Shown: positions 26,162 through 41,803 of the stretch, piece by piece
How positions within the stretch are numbered: the stretch's first letter is position 1
Layout: each line of letters starts with the position of its first letter
Source: the human T2T-CHM13v2.0 reference genome, Homo sapiens
Reading direction: 5' to 3' (one strand)
NCBI RefSeq assembly: GCF_009914755.1
Contig: NC_060937.1
Length of the DNA: 64,000 nt
Notes under the pieces: model-generated
Databases searched by the model: none
What the model was told of the DNA's origin: nothing
The model's input: only the letters and a program-made list of their open reading frames with translations
Position numbers and translations under genes: made by a program

Positions 26162-26525
26162 TGATATGGTTTGGCTGTGACCCCACCCAAATCTCATCTT
26201 GAATTGTAGCTCCCATAGTCCCCATGGTTCTTGGGAAGGACCCAGTGGGAGATAATTGAATAATTGGGGTGGGGTTTTCTTGTGCTGTTCTCATCATAGT
26301 GAATAAGTCTCATGAGATCTAATGGTTTTATAAAGGGCAGGTGCCCTGCACATACTCTCTTGACTGCTGCCACGTAAGAAATGACTTTTCTCCTCTTTTG
26401 CCTTCCACCATGATTGTGAGGCCTCCCCACCCATGTGAAACTGTGAGTCCATTAAACCTCGTTTTCTTTATACATTAACCAGTCTCAGGAATTTCTTCAT
26501 AGCAGTATGAAAATGAACTAATACA
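26162..26525 (+). mobile_element. MaLR solo LTR (THE1-like) inside L1
   Basis: tgatatggtttggctgtgaccccacccaaatctcatcttgaattgtagctccc...gaactaataca; TSD cagag/caggg. Confidence 0.95.
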
Positions 26526-27030
26526 CAGGGTGATACTGGTTTTATAGAATTAATTAAAGAGACAGTTCTTCTCCTAAATTATTAGGAATAGTGTCAGTGA
26601 GATTGGTACTAGCTTATCTTTATACATCTGGTAAAAATCGTTTGTGAATGCTTCTGGTCCTGAGCTTGCGTGTTGGAAGACTTTTTATTACTTATTTAAT
26701 TTAATTACTCATATTGGTCTCTTCAGGATTTCTATATCTGCCTAGCTTAAATCTTGTTTTATGTTGCCAGGAAAATGTCCATTTCCTCTAGGTTTTCTTT
26801 TTTTGCATGAATAGATGCTCATAGTAGTCTTTGATGGTTTCTTGAATTTTTGTGGTATCAGTTGTAATGTCACCTTTATCATTTCTGATTGTGTTTATTT
26901 GAATAGTCTCTTTTTCGTCTTAGTGAGTATTGCTAGCAGTCTATCAAATTTACCTTTTTTGAAGAACAAACTTCATTTGTTGATCCTTTGTAATTTTTTG
27001 GTCTCAATATTATTTATTTCTGTTCTGATT

Positions 27031-27108
27031 TTTACTTATTTATTATTTATTTTTGAGACAGAGCCTCACTCTGTCACCAGGCTGGAGTGCAGTGGTGTGA
27101 TCTCAGCT
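27031..27108 (-). mobile_element. 5'-truncated Alu fragment
   Basis: tttttgagacagagcctcactctgtcaccaggctggagtgcagtggtgtgatctcagct. Confidence 0.88.
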
Positions 27109-27554
27109 GTTGTTTATTTTTATCTGCTAGCTTTGGGTTTGGTTTCTTGTTTTAGTTCCTTGAGGTGCGACAATAGGTTGTTAATTTGAGATATTTCTTT
27201 TTGTGTAAACATCTAATGCTATAAACTTGCCACTTAAAATTGTTTTTGTTGTATTCAAGGGGGTTTGGCATCTTATGTCTCTATTTTTATTTCTCTCAAA
27301 AAATTTTCTTCATTATTGCTGTAATTTTCTCACTGACCAAAACACTACTCAGGATCACATTGTTTAGTTTCCATGTATGTTTATAATTTTGAGAATTACC
27401 TTGGATATTGATTTATAATATTATTTTACTGTCATCCAAGAAGATACATGATGTGATGTAGATATTTCTTAATGTATTGAGACTTGCTTTATGGCCAAGC
27501 ATATGGTTTATTTTGGAGAATGTTCCAGGCAAAGATGGGAGAAAAAAGAAAAGG

Positions 27555-29885
27555 TTGAGAAAGTACATCTTAAATGTTCTTAAAACGACAAAACGAAAGA
27601 TAGCTATGTGAGGTGATGGATAAGTTCGTTAGCATAATTGTGGTGAATATTTCACAATGTATGTATATATCAAATCATTAAGTGTAAACCTTAAACATAC
27701 ACAATTTTAAGAACACTTAAGATGTACTTTCTTAGAAAATTTCAAGTGTATGATATTGTTTACTATAGTCACACTGTTTTACATTAGATCTTCAGAAGTC
27801 ATTTATCCTGAATAACTGAAACTGTTTACCTCATGACCCCAGATCCCATTCCCCATCCCCTGGTAACCACCATTCTACTCTATATTTCTATATGTTCGAT
27901 ATTTTTTGATTCCATATATAGGTGAGATCATGCAATATTTGTCTTTCTGTGCCTAGCTTATTTCGCTTGGTATAAGGTCCCTGAGATTCAGTATTTTCTC
28001 CATTTTCAAGGCTGAATAATATTCCATTGAATATTTATACTACAGTGTTTTTATCCATTCACTCACCAATAAATATTTAGGTGATTTTCTTATCTCGCCT
28101 ATTGTAAATAATGCTGAAATAAACATGAGAGTGTTTATTTCACCACTTTGATGAATTGATTTCATTTCCTTGGAGATATACTCATAAATGGGATTGCTGC
28201 ATCATACAGTGATTCTATTTTTATTTTTTTAGGCAACCCCATCATACTGCTTTCAATAGCATCTACGCCATTTTACATTTTTCCAAATCATGAACAAGGG
28301 TTCTAATTTCTTCATATCCTCACCAACTCTTATTATCTCCTGTCTTTTGGATAATGGATATCCTAACAGATATGACGCATGTCTAATTGTAGTTTTGATT
28401 TGCATTTCCCTAATGATGATGATTCCGCAGTAATATTGAAACCATTATGTATTTCATGTGCCTGCTTGCCATTTTTATTTTTTCTTTGAAAAAAAATCTG
28501 GTCAGGTACTTTTCCTATTTTTTAATTAGGCTATTCATTTTTTTGCTATTGAGTTTTAGTGATTTGTATGTATAAAATATTAACACCTTATCAAATACAT
28601 GGTTTGCAAAGCATTTCTTTCTATTCATATGCTGCCATTTCATTCTATTGGTTGTTTCCTGGCTGTGCAAAAGCTTTTTAGTTTGGCATAGTTCAACATG
28701 TTAATTTTTGTTTTTGTTTTCTGAGCTTTTGGCATAAAGCCCCCCAAATCATTACTGAGGCCTATGTCACAAAGCTTTTCCTCTATGTTTTTTTTTTCTA
28801 GGAGTTTCACGTTTTAGGTTTTATGTTTAGACCTTTAGTTCATTTTCAGTTTGTTTTTATTTGTGGTGTAAGATAAGGGTCCAGATTCATTCTTTTGCAT
28901 GTGTATATCCAGTTTTCCCAGTACAATTTATTGAAGAAAATATCTTTTCACATTGTGTCTTTTTGGCAGGCTTGTTGAAAATTAGTTGACCCTATTGCTC
29001 AAGTTTATTTCTGGGCTCTTTATTTTATTCTATTGTTGTCTATTTTTATACCTCTACCATACTGTTTTGATTTTTATAGACTTGTAATATAATTTGAAAT
29101 TAGGAAATATGATGTCTTTGTTTTCCATCTCAAAATTGAACTTATTATTCAAGGTGTTTTGTAGTTTCATACTATTTTATAATTTTTTAAATTTGTAAAC
29201 AAGGCCATTGAAAATTAGGTAAGGATTGTTTTATGGCTTGAGTGTTTGTGTCCCTTCAAAATTCATGTTAAAACTTAATTCCTCTTGTAGTGGTACTGAC
29301 AGACAAGGCCTTTGGGAAGTGATTAAGTCATGAGAACCCCACTTTCATGAAAGGGAGTAATGCTTTTATGAAAGAAGGTTAAAAAGCTTCCTGTCTCTTT
29401 CATCTCTTCTGAAATGTGAGAACAAATTTTCACTTTTTGCCCACTTCTGACACATGAGGATACAGCAAGAAACAGCAAGAAAGTGCTATCTTGGAAGCAG
29501 AGAACAGCCCTCACCAGACATGAAATCTACTGTCACCTTGGTCTTGAATTCCCAGTCTCTAGTACTGTAAGAAAGACATTTCTGTTCTTTATGAACTACC
29601 CAATTTCAGATACTTTGTTATAGCAGCACAGACTAAGATAATTGCATTGAATCTGTATATCACTTTGGGTAGTACAGATATTTTAACAATATTAATTATT
29701 CCAATCCGTTAATATAGTATATCTTTTTATTTATTTGTATTTTTTAATTTCTTTCATCAAAATTTTATAGTGTTCAGTGTACAGATATTTTACTTTCTTG
29801 GTTAAATTTATTCCTGAATACTTTTTTATGCTATTCTAAATGAGATTATTTTCTTAATTTATTCATCAGCTAGATTGTTATCAGT
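27555..29885 (-). mobile_element. Third L1 (L1MA/MB-like) with its terminal ~150 bp inverted (27558-27708 on +)
   Basis: Antisense L1 3'UTR/ORF2 from 27709; plus-oriented L1 3' terminal motif gctatgtgaggtgatggata...tttcacaatgtatg. Confidence 0.85.
29227..29640 (+). mobile_element. MaLR LTR (MST-like)
   Basis: tatggcttgagtgtttgtgtcccttcaaaattcatgtt...gccctcaccagaca...ttgttatagcagcacagactaagata. Confidence 0.88.
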
Positions 29886-30088
29886 GTTTTTTTTGTCTAT
29901 TTGCAGTTGTTTCATCCCTCTTTCCTCTCTTGCTATTTTTTTATTGTATTTTATTTTATTTGGAGGGAGTGATTTGCTTTGATTCTTTCTTCTTCATCTT
30001 TTTTCTATATATTACAGGGTATTTTTTTTTCTTTGTGGTTAGATGAAGGCTTGCATAAAATATTTTGTAGTTAGAACCTTCTATTTTA

Positions 30089-30811
30089 TAGTGATTATTA
30101 AAAAGTGAAAAAACAATAGATTCTGGTGAGGCTGTGGAGAAATAGGAATGCTTTTACACTGTTGGTAGGAATGTAAATTAGTTCATCCATTGTGGAAGAC
30201 AGTGTTGTGACTCCTCAAGGATCTAGAACAAGAAATACAATTTGACCCAGCAATCCCATTATTAGGTATATACGCAAAGGAATAGAAATTATTCTACTAT
30301 AAAGACACTTGCACACATATCATTATTGCAGCACTATTTACAATAGCAAAAACATGGAACCAACCCAAATGCTCATCAGTGATAGACTGAATAAAGAAAA
30401 TGTGGTACATATACTCCATGGAATACTATGCAGCCATAAAAAGGAATGAGATTATGTCCTCTGCAGGGACATGGATGAAGCTGGAAACCATCATCCTCAG
30501 CAAACTAGCACAGGAACAGAAAACCAAACACCACATATTCTCACTCATAAGTGGGAGGTGAACAATGAGAACATCTGGACACAGGGAGGGTAACAACACA
30601 CACTGGAACAAGTTAGTGGGTGGAGGGGTGAGGGGAGGGAGAACATTAGAACAAATAGCTAATGCATGTGGGGCTTAAAACCTAGATTATGGGTTGATAG
30701 GTACAGCAAACCACCATGGCACACATATACCTATGTAACAGACCTACATATTCTGTACTTGTATCCCAGAACTTAAAGTAAAATAATAAATAAACAAATA
30801 AATAAATAAAT
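30089..30811 (+). mobile_element. 5'-truncated L1PA 3' end
   Basis: Primate L1 3'UTR (gcagggacatggatgaagctggaaaccatcatcctcagcaaact...); A-rich tail; TSD aaccttctatttta at 30075-30088 and 30812-30825. Confidence 0.96.
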
Positions 30812-31049
30812 AACCTTCTATTTTAAATTGATAACAACTTAATTTTAATCACACACAAAATGCTATACTTTTACTAACCTCCATTTTTGTTCTTGTAATC
30901 AGAATGTGACTTCTTTTAATATTATATGTTAATTAACAGATTTTGATCTTTTAACTTTAATTATATTAGGATTTGGAGTATTTGGAGTCAGTTATACAAC
31001 ACCATCACATTGTTACAGTAATCTATATTATGTTTATATGTTTACCTTA

Positions 31050-32590
31050 ACCAGCGAGATTTAAAATAATCTGTTTTTGAATTAACTGATTTTACTGCTT
31101 GATCAAGTCTGCTGTTGGAGCTCTCTTGAACTTTTTATTTCAGTCATTGTATTCTTCATCTCTAGAATTTCCTTCTATTTTGCTTTTTTATGGTTGTTGA
31201 ACTTATTTGCATCCTTTGGGGATTTTTCTTCTTTCCTGATTTTGTTTAGTTGTCTATCTATGTTCTCTTGTGGCTTAGTTTCTTTACGATAATTATTTTT
31301 CCTACTTAGGCATATCTCAATTTCCTTGGAATAGATTACTAAAAAATGATCACATTCCATTGGTGGTGTCATGTTCCTTGATATTTTGTATTTCTTATAG
31401 ACTTGTGTTAATGTCCATGTATTTGAGGAGACAGTAACCTCTCCCAGACTTTGTAGACTGATTTTAATGGAGAAAGACCTTCAATTACAGGTAGGCTTGA
31501 GGGCACCATCTGGGAAGGGTGTAGCAGCTATGGCTCTAGGGAGGATGCAGTGGCACAATCTCTGTGCAGTTTCATTAGCTGAGGTCAATTGGTGAAAACT
31601 GCAGGGGCCCTTGGTGGTCAAGGCTTCAGGTGTCCATATTGGTGGCAATGTCTGCTAGGGTCTTCTTGTCCTCTTTTTCCTTGACTAGGGGAGGCCAAGG
31701 CCAATGGGAATCCTTCTTGGCATGAGACCTGGTGCACAAATACATTTGTAGTAGTGTGGGATGTGTGTCTAATGCATGAGCACACATGAAGCTGCCAGGA
31801 AGCCATGGTCTGGAACACGGGCACATCTGAGGCCCCTGGGTCTAGGACATGGGTGCACTTGCTGCAGCACTGTCACTAGTGTTTAAGGAGCAAGTATGTG
31901 GTAGTGGTGCAGGTGTTTGAAGCACAGGTGTTTATGGAGTGGCTGTGGAGCTGGTATCTGGGGCATGGGCACACATGGGACAACCATCCCATCCAGTTGT
32001 ATATAGTTACAGAGAGTCTCAGGGTGGTGCAGCAGTGGCTCCTTCTCCAGGAGGATGTGCTGGTGTCTCCTTCTCCAGAGGGTCTATGGCAGAGGTAATG
32101 GCTATTAAGTTCCTCGGCAGCAAAGGAAAGCAAGCCAGTGTGGACAGTGATAGCACTTGCTGCTTGGCTGATAATGATAGCCCTATCCTTCTTTGCTCCT
32201 AGTTGTCTCCAGATGTCTCAGCAATGACTATCTCCCAGTGATCTGGATGAGATGAAACTGAAGTGTGTCCCCGGGCAGTGCCTTGAAAGGCTGGGAAGCT
32301 GATTGCTCACTGTGTGCTTCTTCTCCTCACTAGGGGTACTCAAAAACCAGTGTTCCCCCTTGATGCTAAGCTGTGCCTGCCTAGGGAATAAAATGATACA
32401 GGCTGAAGGAAACTGTTCTTCCTACATTTTGTGTGGTTATTCCCCATCTTTTTGCTCCACTTTGTTGTGTAACTTCTTAACTCTTGAGATCACCCAGAGA
32501 TTACTTTTTCATTTGTGAATAAATGCCTAATTGTTTTTTGTGGGAGGACAAAGGCTGGGTTCCCCCACTCTACCATCTTGCACATGTCAC
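31050..32590 (-). mobile_element. Old L1 ORF1 start and GC-richer 5'UTR remnant
   Basis: Minus ORF 31175-31372 (..QENIDRQLNKIRK..) is ORF1p-like; ttctgcttgatcaagtctgctgttg and cagtcattgtattcttcatctctag are typical antisense ORF1. Confidence 0.7.
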
Positions 32591-33256
32591 TCTTGCATTA
32601 TGTTTTTCATCTTTTCTTCATCTTCTTCATCTCTGCCTTTGTCTTTTGCTTACTTTTTCAACCTCACTAGTTATTTGAATTTTGTATGCAAGAATATAGA
32701 GGGGACAGGAAGTCCACAGAACGGGGAGTCAGCAAATAGAGATTTCATGCATTTCTTATGTAGTTTCACTTATTTTATCACAGTCACATATAACCTCAAA
32801 TGAACCAAAAATTTGCTTCATTTAAATTCAGAGACACTTAGTAAACAGAAATTTCTTAAACTTTATTCAACTTCATGCCTACAACTGTAAAATGTGAATA
32901 AGATGGCCTATATTGTACAGTTCACAAGGGCATGTGGTCAAATGAGATAATATGTGTCAATTAGTCATGAAAAATATAAATTTGAAAAATAAAGTTAAAA
33001 TATTACTTATTTGACGCACCGCTCATCAACAATCACACTGGCTATTGAGTGGCGACAATCTGGCATTTCACTTTTTTCTGGTAAAAATATTGCAGTATGT
33101 CCACAGTAAATAATTCATCCTCTCCCATTCTTATGTAAAGTGATTTTAATAGATTTAATTCTCTTCTAATTCTAGAGCTATGAGACTCAAGCATAGACAC
33201 AGGAACAGATTTAAATAATAAAAGCCAAACAAATAACTATTTTGTTTTCATAATAA

Positions 33257-33582
<326 letters not shown>

Positions 33583-35404
33583 ACAGTGCTTTTCTTTAAA
33601 TAAATAGAAATAACTTCTTACCCAAATAAACAGGTGGAAAGCGGAAGGGCAGGGAGGAGGACTATATTTCACACACGCATTTAAGGAAATGCGCAAGTGC
33701 AAGCCATTTTGTCATCAAATGTGTTTTCTACTGTAGCTCTGACGGCAGCATCCATGCAAGAAAAGAGAATACAAAGAATATGTGGAAAGTTTCAATGGGC
33801 CAGGCCTACAAGTGACATACATTAACTCTATCTTAAATCTACTGACTAAAATTCAGTCATATGCTCTTACTTAGAAGCTATAGACCTGGAAAAACTTATC
33901 CACAACATCATTACTGAAAGAAAAGAGACGGTGTTTATTTGGTTAAAAAAAATGAGCTATTTTAGCCACACTGTTGGTGAAGAAATATTCTATTTTTCTA
34001 CCTAAATAGAATCTAAGTACATACAATAGCATCATTGCTAAAAGGAATTGTACTTTTGTATGAATCTTGAAAGTGATGGAAAACAGAAATGCTCACTGGA
34101 TAACTTTTTTAAAAGTATCTTGATTATTTTATTAAGGCCCTGATTTGAACTATAAAAGATGCTACCAAAACCCTGAATTTGAGAGATGCTTCCCCTTTTT
34201 AGCCGAAGAAAATTTGATGTGAGCTTTCTGTCAACAGTTAGTGAAAGTGCCTTGAGTATTATAAGCCATCAGTTCAGACCATTGAATGCCCAATGGTCTT
34301 AAAAACATTTTCCTCTATAAAATACAGGATTATATTAAATGATAGAACATTTTTAGGGCCAGTTAGTTTATAATTTCATAATTATTTTAGCAAACATTTG
34401 TTAATCAAATACAAGAAATCATTCACAAAGCTTGATGTACAACAAATATAACAAGACAGAATTTGTTTCCTTGAAGACATATATTATTAAAAAATCAGAG
34501 AAAAAGCATTATAATCAATTTTTTAGATGTAATCATGTAGTCACTTGCCTTGTGAGAGAGCCAAGAAATGTTGTGGCCTTTGTTGACTAAGTTAGATAGA
34601 AAGAATTGTTAAGAAATGCTACCTGAGAAATTGGCACCTGATTTGATCCAAAATTAAGATTTAAAAAGAGCTAACAAGACAAAGTTGGGACAGAAAGGAA
34701 TGCCTAGCCATGTTGTACAGGGAGTAGAATTTCCAGCATTATAAACAAAAGTCTTAATGGAAAAAATTATAAATTTTGGGCAGAAAATTTCAAAGTTTCA
34801 AAGTTTCAGTATCAGCCAAGCAAGTTGAATGTGACAGGAACATAAGAGAGCAAAATAAGAATGTTTAAAAATGGTCAGATGACTAAGCATAGGTTCCATG
34901 AAAGGTTCTTTTCTTTAAAAATTAAAAAAGAAAATCTGATAAAGAGGAAGGATATAAAGTATATCTGTCTCTGAGCCATCTATAGATCCATGGGTAACTT
35001 GGAATTTCAGTTTCAAAGGTCATGATTATGGCATATGGGAAATAAAGTCTGAGTGGAGAATTTCATATAAACCCAGGAATCAGAAAGTCTATACAAGTTA
35101 AAAACTTAAAGTGGTAAAAATCCATCTCTTAAAGGTAGATGTCAGAAAAAAAATATATATGAGCTGTAACTCTTGGTAAAGAAGAAAGGAATCTCATTTG
35201 AAGATTTAGGACAATAAACTTACCCTCAAACTTGCACTATCTCCATGAACTAAAAGAATTTTAAGTTAATTTAAATTTAGATTTTAGTTAAGAGAGCCCC
35301 TGGTATCTAGCAGAAGCAAAAAAAATTTCTCCATGGAGCATTAGAGTCTCAAACAAGATTTTCAAGAATTCCCATAGATAAAGTTCCAATGAACATGAGT
35401 TCAA

Positions 35405-35665
35405 AATCAACATTTAAAATTGTTTGATACATAATATTTGTACATACTTATGGAGTACATATAATGTTTTACATGCTTAGAATGAGTAGTAATAAAGTCA
35501 AGGTGTTTAGGATATTCATCACCTTGAGCATTTATGATTTCTGTATTTTGGGTACATTTCAAGTCCTCTCTTCTAGCTACTTTGAAATACATAATACTTT
35601 TTTATTAACTATAGTCACCCTGCTCTGCTATCAAACATTAGAATTTATTCCTTCTATCTAACTCT
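35405..35665 (-). mobile_element. L1MA-like 3' end fragment
   Basis: Same motifs as 18750-18960 (tttaggatattcatcacc...tctagctactttgaaatac...tagtcaccctg). Confidence 0.85.
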
Positions 35666-35699
35666 ACAAAATCAAAATTTTTATATTATTAAGAAATAA

Positions 35700-37040
35700 G
35701 AAATTAGAGGGGATCACAGAAATAATGAATATAGAATCAGACCTCAATAACACAAAATATTGGAATTCTCAGAAACAAAATATGTCTTTATTGTTCAATA
35801 AATAGATATAGAAGTATGCAACTATAGGTAAATAATGTATATAATATATAAAGAAATAAAAGAAAGAACCAAACACGTGGATAAAGAAAACCCACTAAGA
35901 GCAACTTAGAAGGTCTAAAAAAAACCAAGTAGACTTCTAAAAAATGAAAATATAATAATATTGAGTATTCTCTGTAGCGTTAAATGGCAAACTATATACA
36001 TCTGAAGAGATATTTAGTAGACTGAAAGAGAAATCAGAAAAATTACATAGAATAAGGTACAGATAAAGAAATAGTATATATGAATGAAGGTTAAGAAACT
36101 TGGAAGTTAAAGTAGAAATGTCTCACACAGAATTACATTGGAATTCCAGAAAGTTGTAAACATTATGAAAAATAGACACAGGCATCATTTGAGGACATAA
36201 TGTCTTAGAATTTTCTAAATTAAAGAAAAATATCTCTTCAACTATTTGGGAAGCCCAGTGGTTTCCAAATATAATAAATAAAAATAAGTCCACACCTATA
36301 CAAATTATTTTCAGACTGCAGAACACCAAAGACAAATAAAAGTTATTAAAAGAATCCCGAGTGAAACGACAAATTGCCTACAAATAACAATATTTAAACT
36401 ACACTTTCATAATACCAGTTGGTGCCAGAAGCCAGCAAGAAGAATATAAAAATTGTTAAGAGAAAATTACTGGCAAAATCCAATTGAACATTAAGCAAAT
36501 TTATTTTTTGTCAAAGAAGAGGAGAAAAATAAAGCTGTTTTAAGACTACCAAAAAGTAAAGAATCTTATACAACTCCATTAAGGAAAGAAACTTTTGAAC
36601 ATAATCTTCAGAAACAAACAAAAAAAATGACTCAGGAAGTCAGAGATACAATAAGGAATATAAAGAATAATAATAATATAAACACAAAATGACGAACCAC
36701 TAGCAATAGTAAGTTCTTGTAGGAAAAAATGAAAATTAGAAATAAAAGAGCATCTGAAAACATCAAGAGAGGAAATGGAATGAAGGCATTTCAGGGGCCT
36801 GGTATTTTTTGGAAAAAAATAAATGTATGGAAATATTGTACCCTTTGCTACATTAAGTAAACTTCTTAAAAACTCAAGAATAACTACTAACAAAATAGAA
36901 ATAGAGTGTATGATTTCCAAGCTGTTATGGGAAGAATAAACCAAATGACGAATCACAGCCTTTAAAAAATGAATAAATAAAAAGAAACCCCAGAAAACTA
37001 GAATAAATAAAAATAATTAAAATGCTAGAAATAAATATAA
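35700..37040 (+). mobile_element. Very old L1 (L1ME-like) ORF1 remnant
   Basis: A-rich; ttggaattccaga...gaattttctaaatt...cacacctatacaaattattttcagactgcagaacaccaaagacaaa resembles ORF1. Confidence 0.55.
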
Positions 37041-37167
37041 ACTTACTGAATCCTCTAGAAACAGATCTTCAGTGTGAATTTTTAAAATCAACTATATTTA
37101 ACCTTATGTAATATGAAACTACATCAGTCTTACTTTCTGCTGAAGTTTCACAATTAAGACTCTTTAA

Positions 37168-37504
<337 letters not shown>

Positions 37505-38129
37505 GAAATAGTGTGTTTTAAGGTCTCAAGCAGTTAAAAAAGTACTAGCTAAGGCTGGAACAGTTTATTGAGGTCCAAGCAAGCAAATACTCAACAATTA
37601 ATGGAGACCCATAGAAAGGACACAAGAGCCAGCTTGAGGGAGTTCCTGCTGGCCAAATTTGGGTCATTTTAATATAAAAAATAATGTTAAATAATATAAT
37701 ATATCAAATATGTTTTTAAAAATAGTTCACAGCTGCTTACACATTCTGAGAGAGAAGGGAGAGAAAGCAAATGGGGCAAAATATTAGCAATTAGTGATCT
37801 TAGATAAAGGGTGTGAGTCTTTCACATTTTCTATGGCTTTGAAATAATTCATGATAAAACATGCCTGCGCATTAACTACAAGATCATGCCCAACCTACTT
37901 TGCAAAATAGTACTATCACATAAATGCATATTTTAAAATAACAAACATTTTGATATCTTGCAGATTCTGTGTTGGTTTCTGGTCATGATTGCTTTAAATA
38001 TTTATCTTAGCAAGTAATAATGCCATATGATCTCATTTGTTAAAGTTCTGCCCTTCCAATGTGACGAGACTAAAACAAAACAAAACAAAATTAACTGAGA
38101 TTGGAAAAACAAAAACAAAAACCTGGGAC

Positions 38130-38900
38130 GTCACTTCTTTTTCTGGTTTTGGCCAAGAGAATAGCACTGTTCCTCCCAGATCCTTTTTTACAACTAAGAA
38201 CTCTGAACAAAAAGACAACAAACAAGCATAGAGAAGGTCTCTGAAAGGTGGAAAGAATGCGGACTGCCTAGGGGCCTCAAGCCTTAAGAATGATACCGAC
38301 GTGACTTCCCTGGGTTTCCTTATTGCCTCCCATGTATCACACAGCCCTGCAGAAGTCTCCAAGCAAGAGCTGCAATGAGACCCAAACATAAAATTCTCTA
38401 AGGTCAGTCTTTTTCCTTACCCCAAGGACCAGTTAAATGGTGGGCAAACAAAACAACCTCTTTGGCCATACACAACCAACTACAGCCAAGCACCAATGGA
38501 AAAGTCACTCCCCACAGCCAACTACACTCCACATTTAGTGGGGCAAGTGAAAAGCTGATCTTCCACCCAATGCCACCACCCTCCACACCACTTCCCCATC
38601 TGTATAAGCAGGAGGTAGGCTGTGATCCCACTGTTAACAACCAGATGGGAGCTAATCTTCCTTCCCTCTGCTGGCTGGGGCTAGCTGAGCCTCCACCCCG
38701 ACCTGCTGGTAGCCATGAAACTTAATGAGGCAGGGCAAGACAGGACTAGCTACCACTTAGATTCATCACCCACCTCAATCATGTCATTAGGGCACAGTGG
38801 GGGTATTCACCTTGCATCAAGTAAGCAGAAAGAGGTGGTGTGAGCTTCTTTTCCTCCAGTGCCCTGTGTCAATGGGCAGAGAGAAGAACTCAGCTTCTGC
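38130..38900 (+). mobile_element. Probable L1M 5'-region fragment
   Basis: actaagaactctgaacaaaa...gtgacttccctgggtttcct resembles L1MC/MD 5' sequence and abuts the L1 3' piece. Confidence 0.4.
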
Positions 38901-38904
38901 CTGA

Positions 38905-40020
<1,116 letters not shown>

Positions 40021-40748
40021 TTAAATGAATAAATAAATAATATTGATACCACATCCCAAGGCAAGATGCAAGATCATCATCAGAATTTGCAAATAGATAT
40101 TTAGAAACTAATATTGTGTCCTTCATTTTCCACCCCCTCCAGATTGTAAAACAAATTTAAGAGGTAGGATAAAGAATCAGAGGTAATAAGATGATTGTTG
40201 GTGAGGGCTGAGGGTCTCTTTTGGTTCAAGTTACTTCAAACACCTAGAGGATGAGAAAAATAACTGTCTTTCATCTGAAGTCTAGAGAAGAGATCTCAAT
40301 GGGACCACTTAAAGAACCCAATTTGTCCCCTACAGGTTGGTGGACACAGAGGACCAGTGTCTGTTTAATGCTTGAATTTTTAATGTAGCAATATGTGTCT
40401 GGTTTGTTGCTCTGAAAAAGGTAGTCAGAGCGTTTTCTGCATTATGGGGAGTGCTTCAACATTCCCAGTGTCTATCAAAGTAATAATGCTGGAGTATTTA
40501 CTGTGGACGCATGTGGTACAGATTCAAGAATGAACAGAAGATAGCTAGGCCTAATAGTGAAAGCTCAGCAGATAAAAGAGGAGTGCTAGGTGACCCATCA
40601 AAATGGAAGTGCATCTGGCTTCTTCAAGGCAACTGCAGGTGAAAGATTCCCCAGGAATGGGGGGTGTCCCCCAAATCACAGTCAGCTTTTAAAACCTATA
40701 ATATCTAAATGTTAAATTATCATTTCTGTTAGTCAATTAAGAATTTTT

Positions 40749-41064
<316 letters not shown>

Positions 41065-41511
41065 CTAAAAATACATTGTGCTGTTACACCATTTACCTGT
41101 TTGTTCTTTGATCATTTTCTCTGGTCTCGCCCTGCCTTGTTCTATACTGCAGGGACCTTCATTTCCCAAGATCTCTTGACCACTATTATTACTATTATTT
41201 TGGCTCTGATATGGACCTATTGTCTTCCTGTAGCCATATGCGGTGTGTTGTGGGGGGGGGGGAACATAGGTAAAACATACATACATTAAAAAGCATCAAA
41301 ATATATAATGGAAGGAGCCATAAACCATTCAGCATACATGAACCCAGGCACATGATAACCAAAGGAATTTAGCTGAAAAATCCAACTCATTGTGATTATC
41401 TTTTTCTTTATAAATTCCACAAGGTGAGTTAGTAAGAAAAGTGCTGACAATCTTCTCCCAGCTCCCATACTCATGGTAGAAATTAACAATGGGGATTTTT
41501 AAATTAATAAC

Positions 41512-41803
41512 TTTTTTTTTTTTTTGAAACGGAGTCTCCCTCTGTCACCCAGGCTGGAGTGCAGTGGCATGATCTCATCTCACTGCAAAGTTTGCCTCCT
41601 GGGTTCAAGCAATTCTCTGCCTCAGCCTCCCAAGTAGTTGGGATTACAGGCGCACACCGCCATGCCAGGGTAATTTTTGTATTTTTGTAGAGACGGAGTT
41701 TCACCATCTTGGCCAGGCTGGTCTTGAAATCCTGACCTCATGATCCACCCACCTCAGCCTCCCAAAGTGCTGGGATTACAGGCGTGAGCCACCGCGACCA
41801 GCC
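41512..41803 (-). mobile_element. Alu (AluS-like)
   Basis: Full antisense Alu; TSD aaattaataactttt at 41501 and 41804. Confidence 0.96.

Larger units (their letters stand above)
23633..27535 (-). mobile_element. Second L1 (L1PB/L1MA-like) 3'UTR plus ORF2
   Basis: ORF peptides [50 protein letters not shown]; new 3' end with (TA)n at ~23640-23720. Confidence 0.93.
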
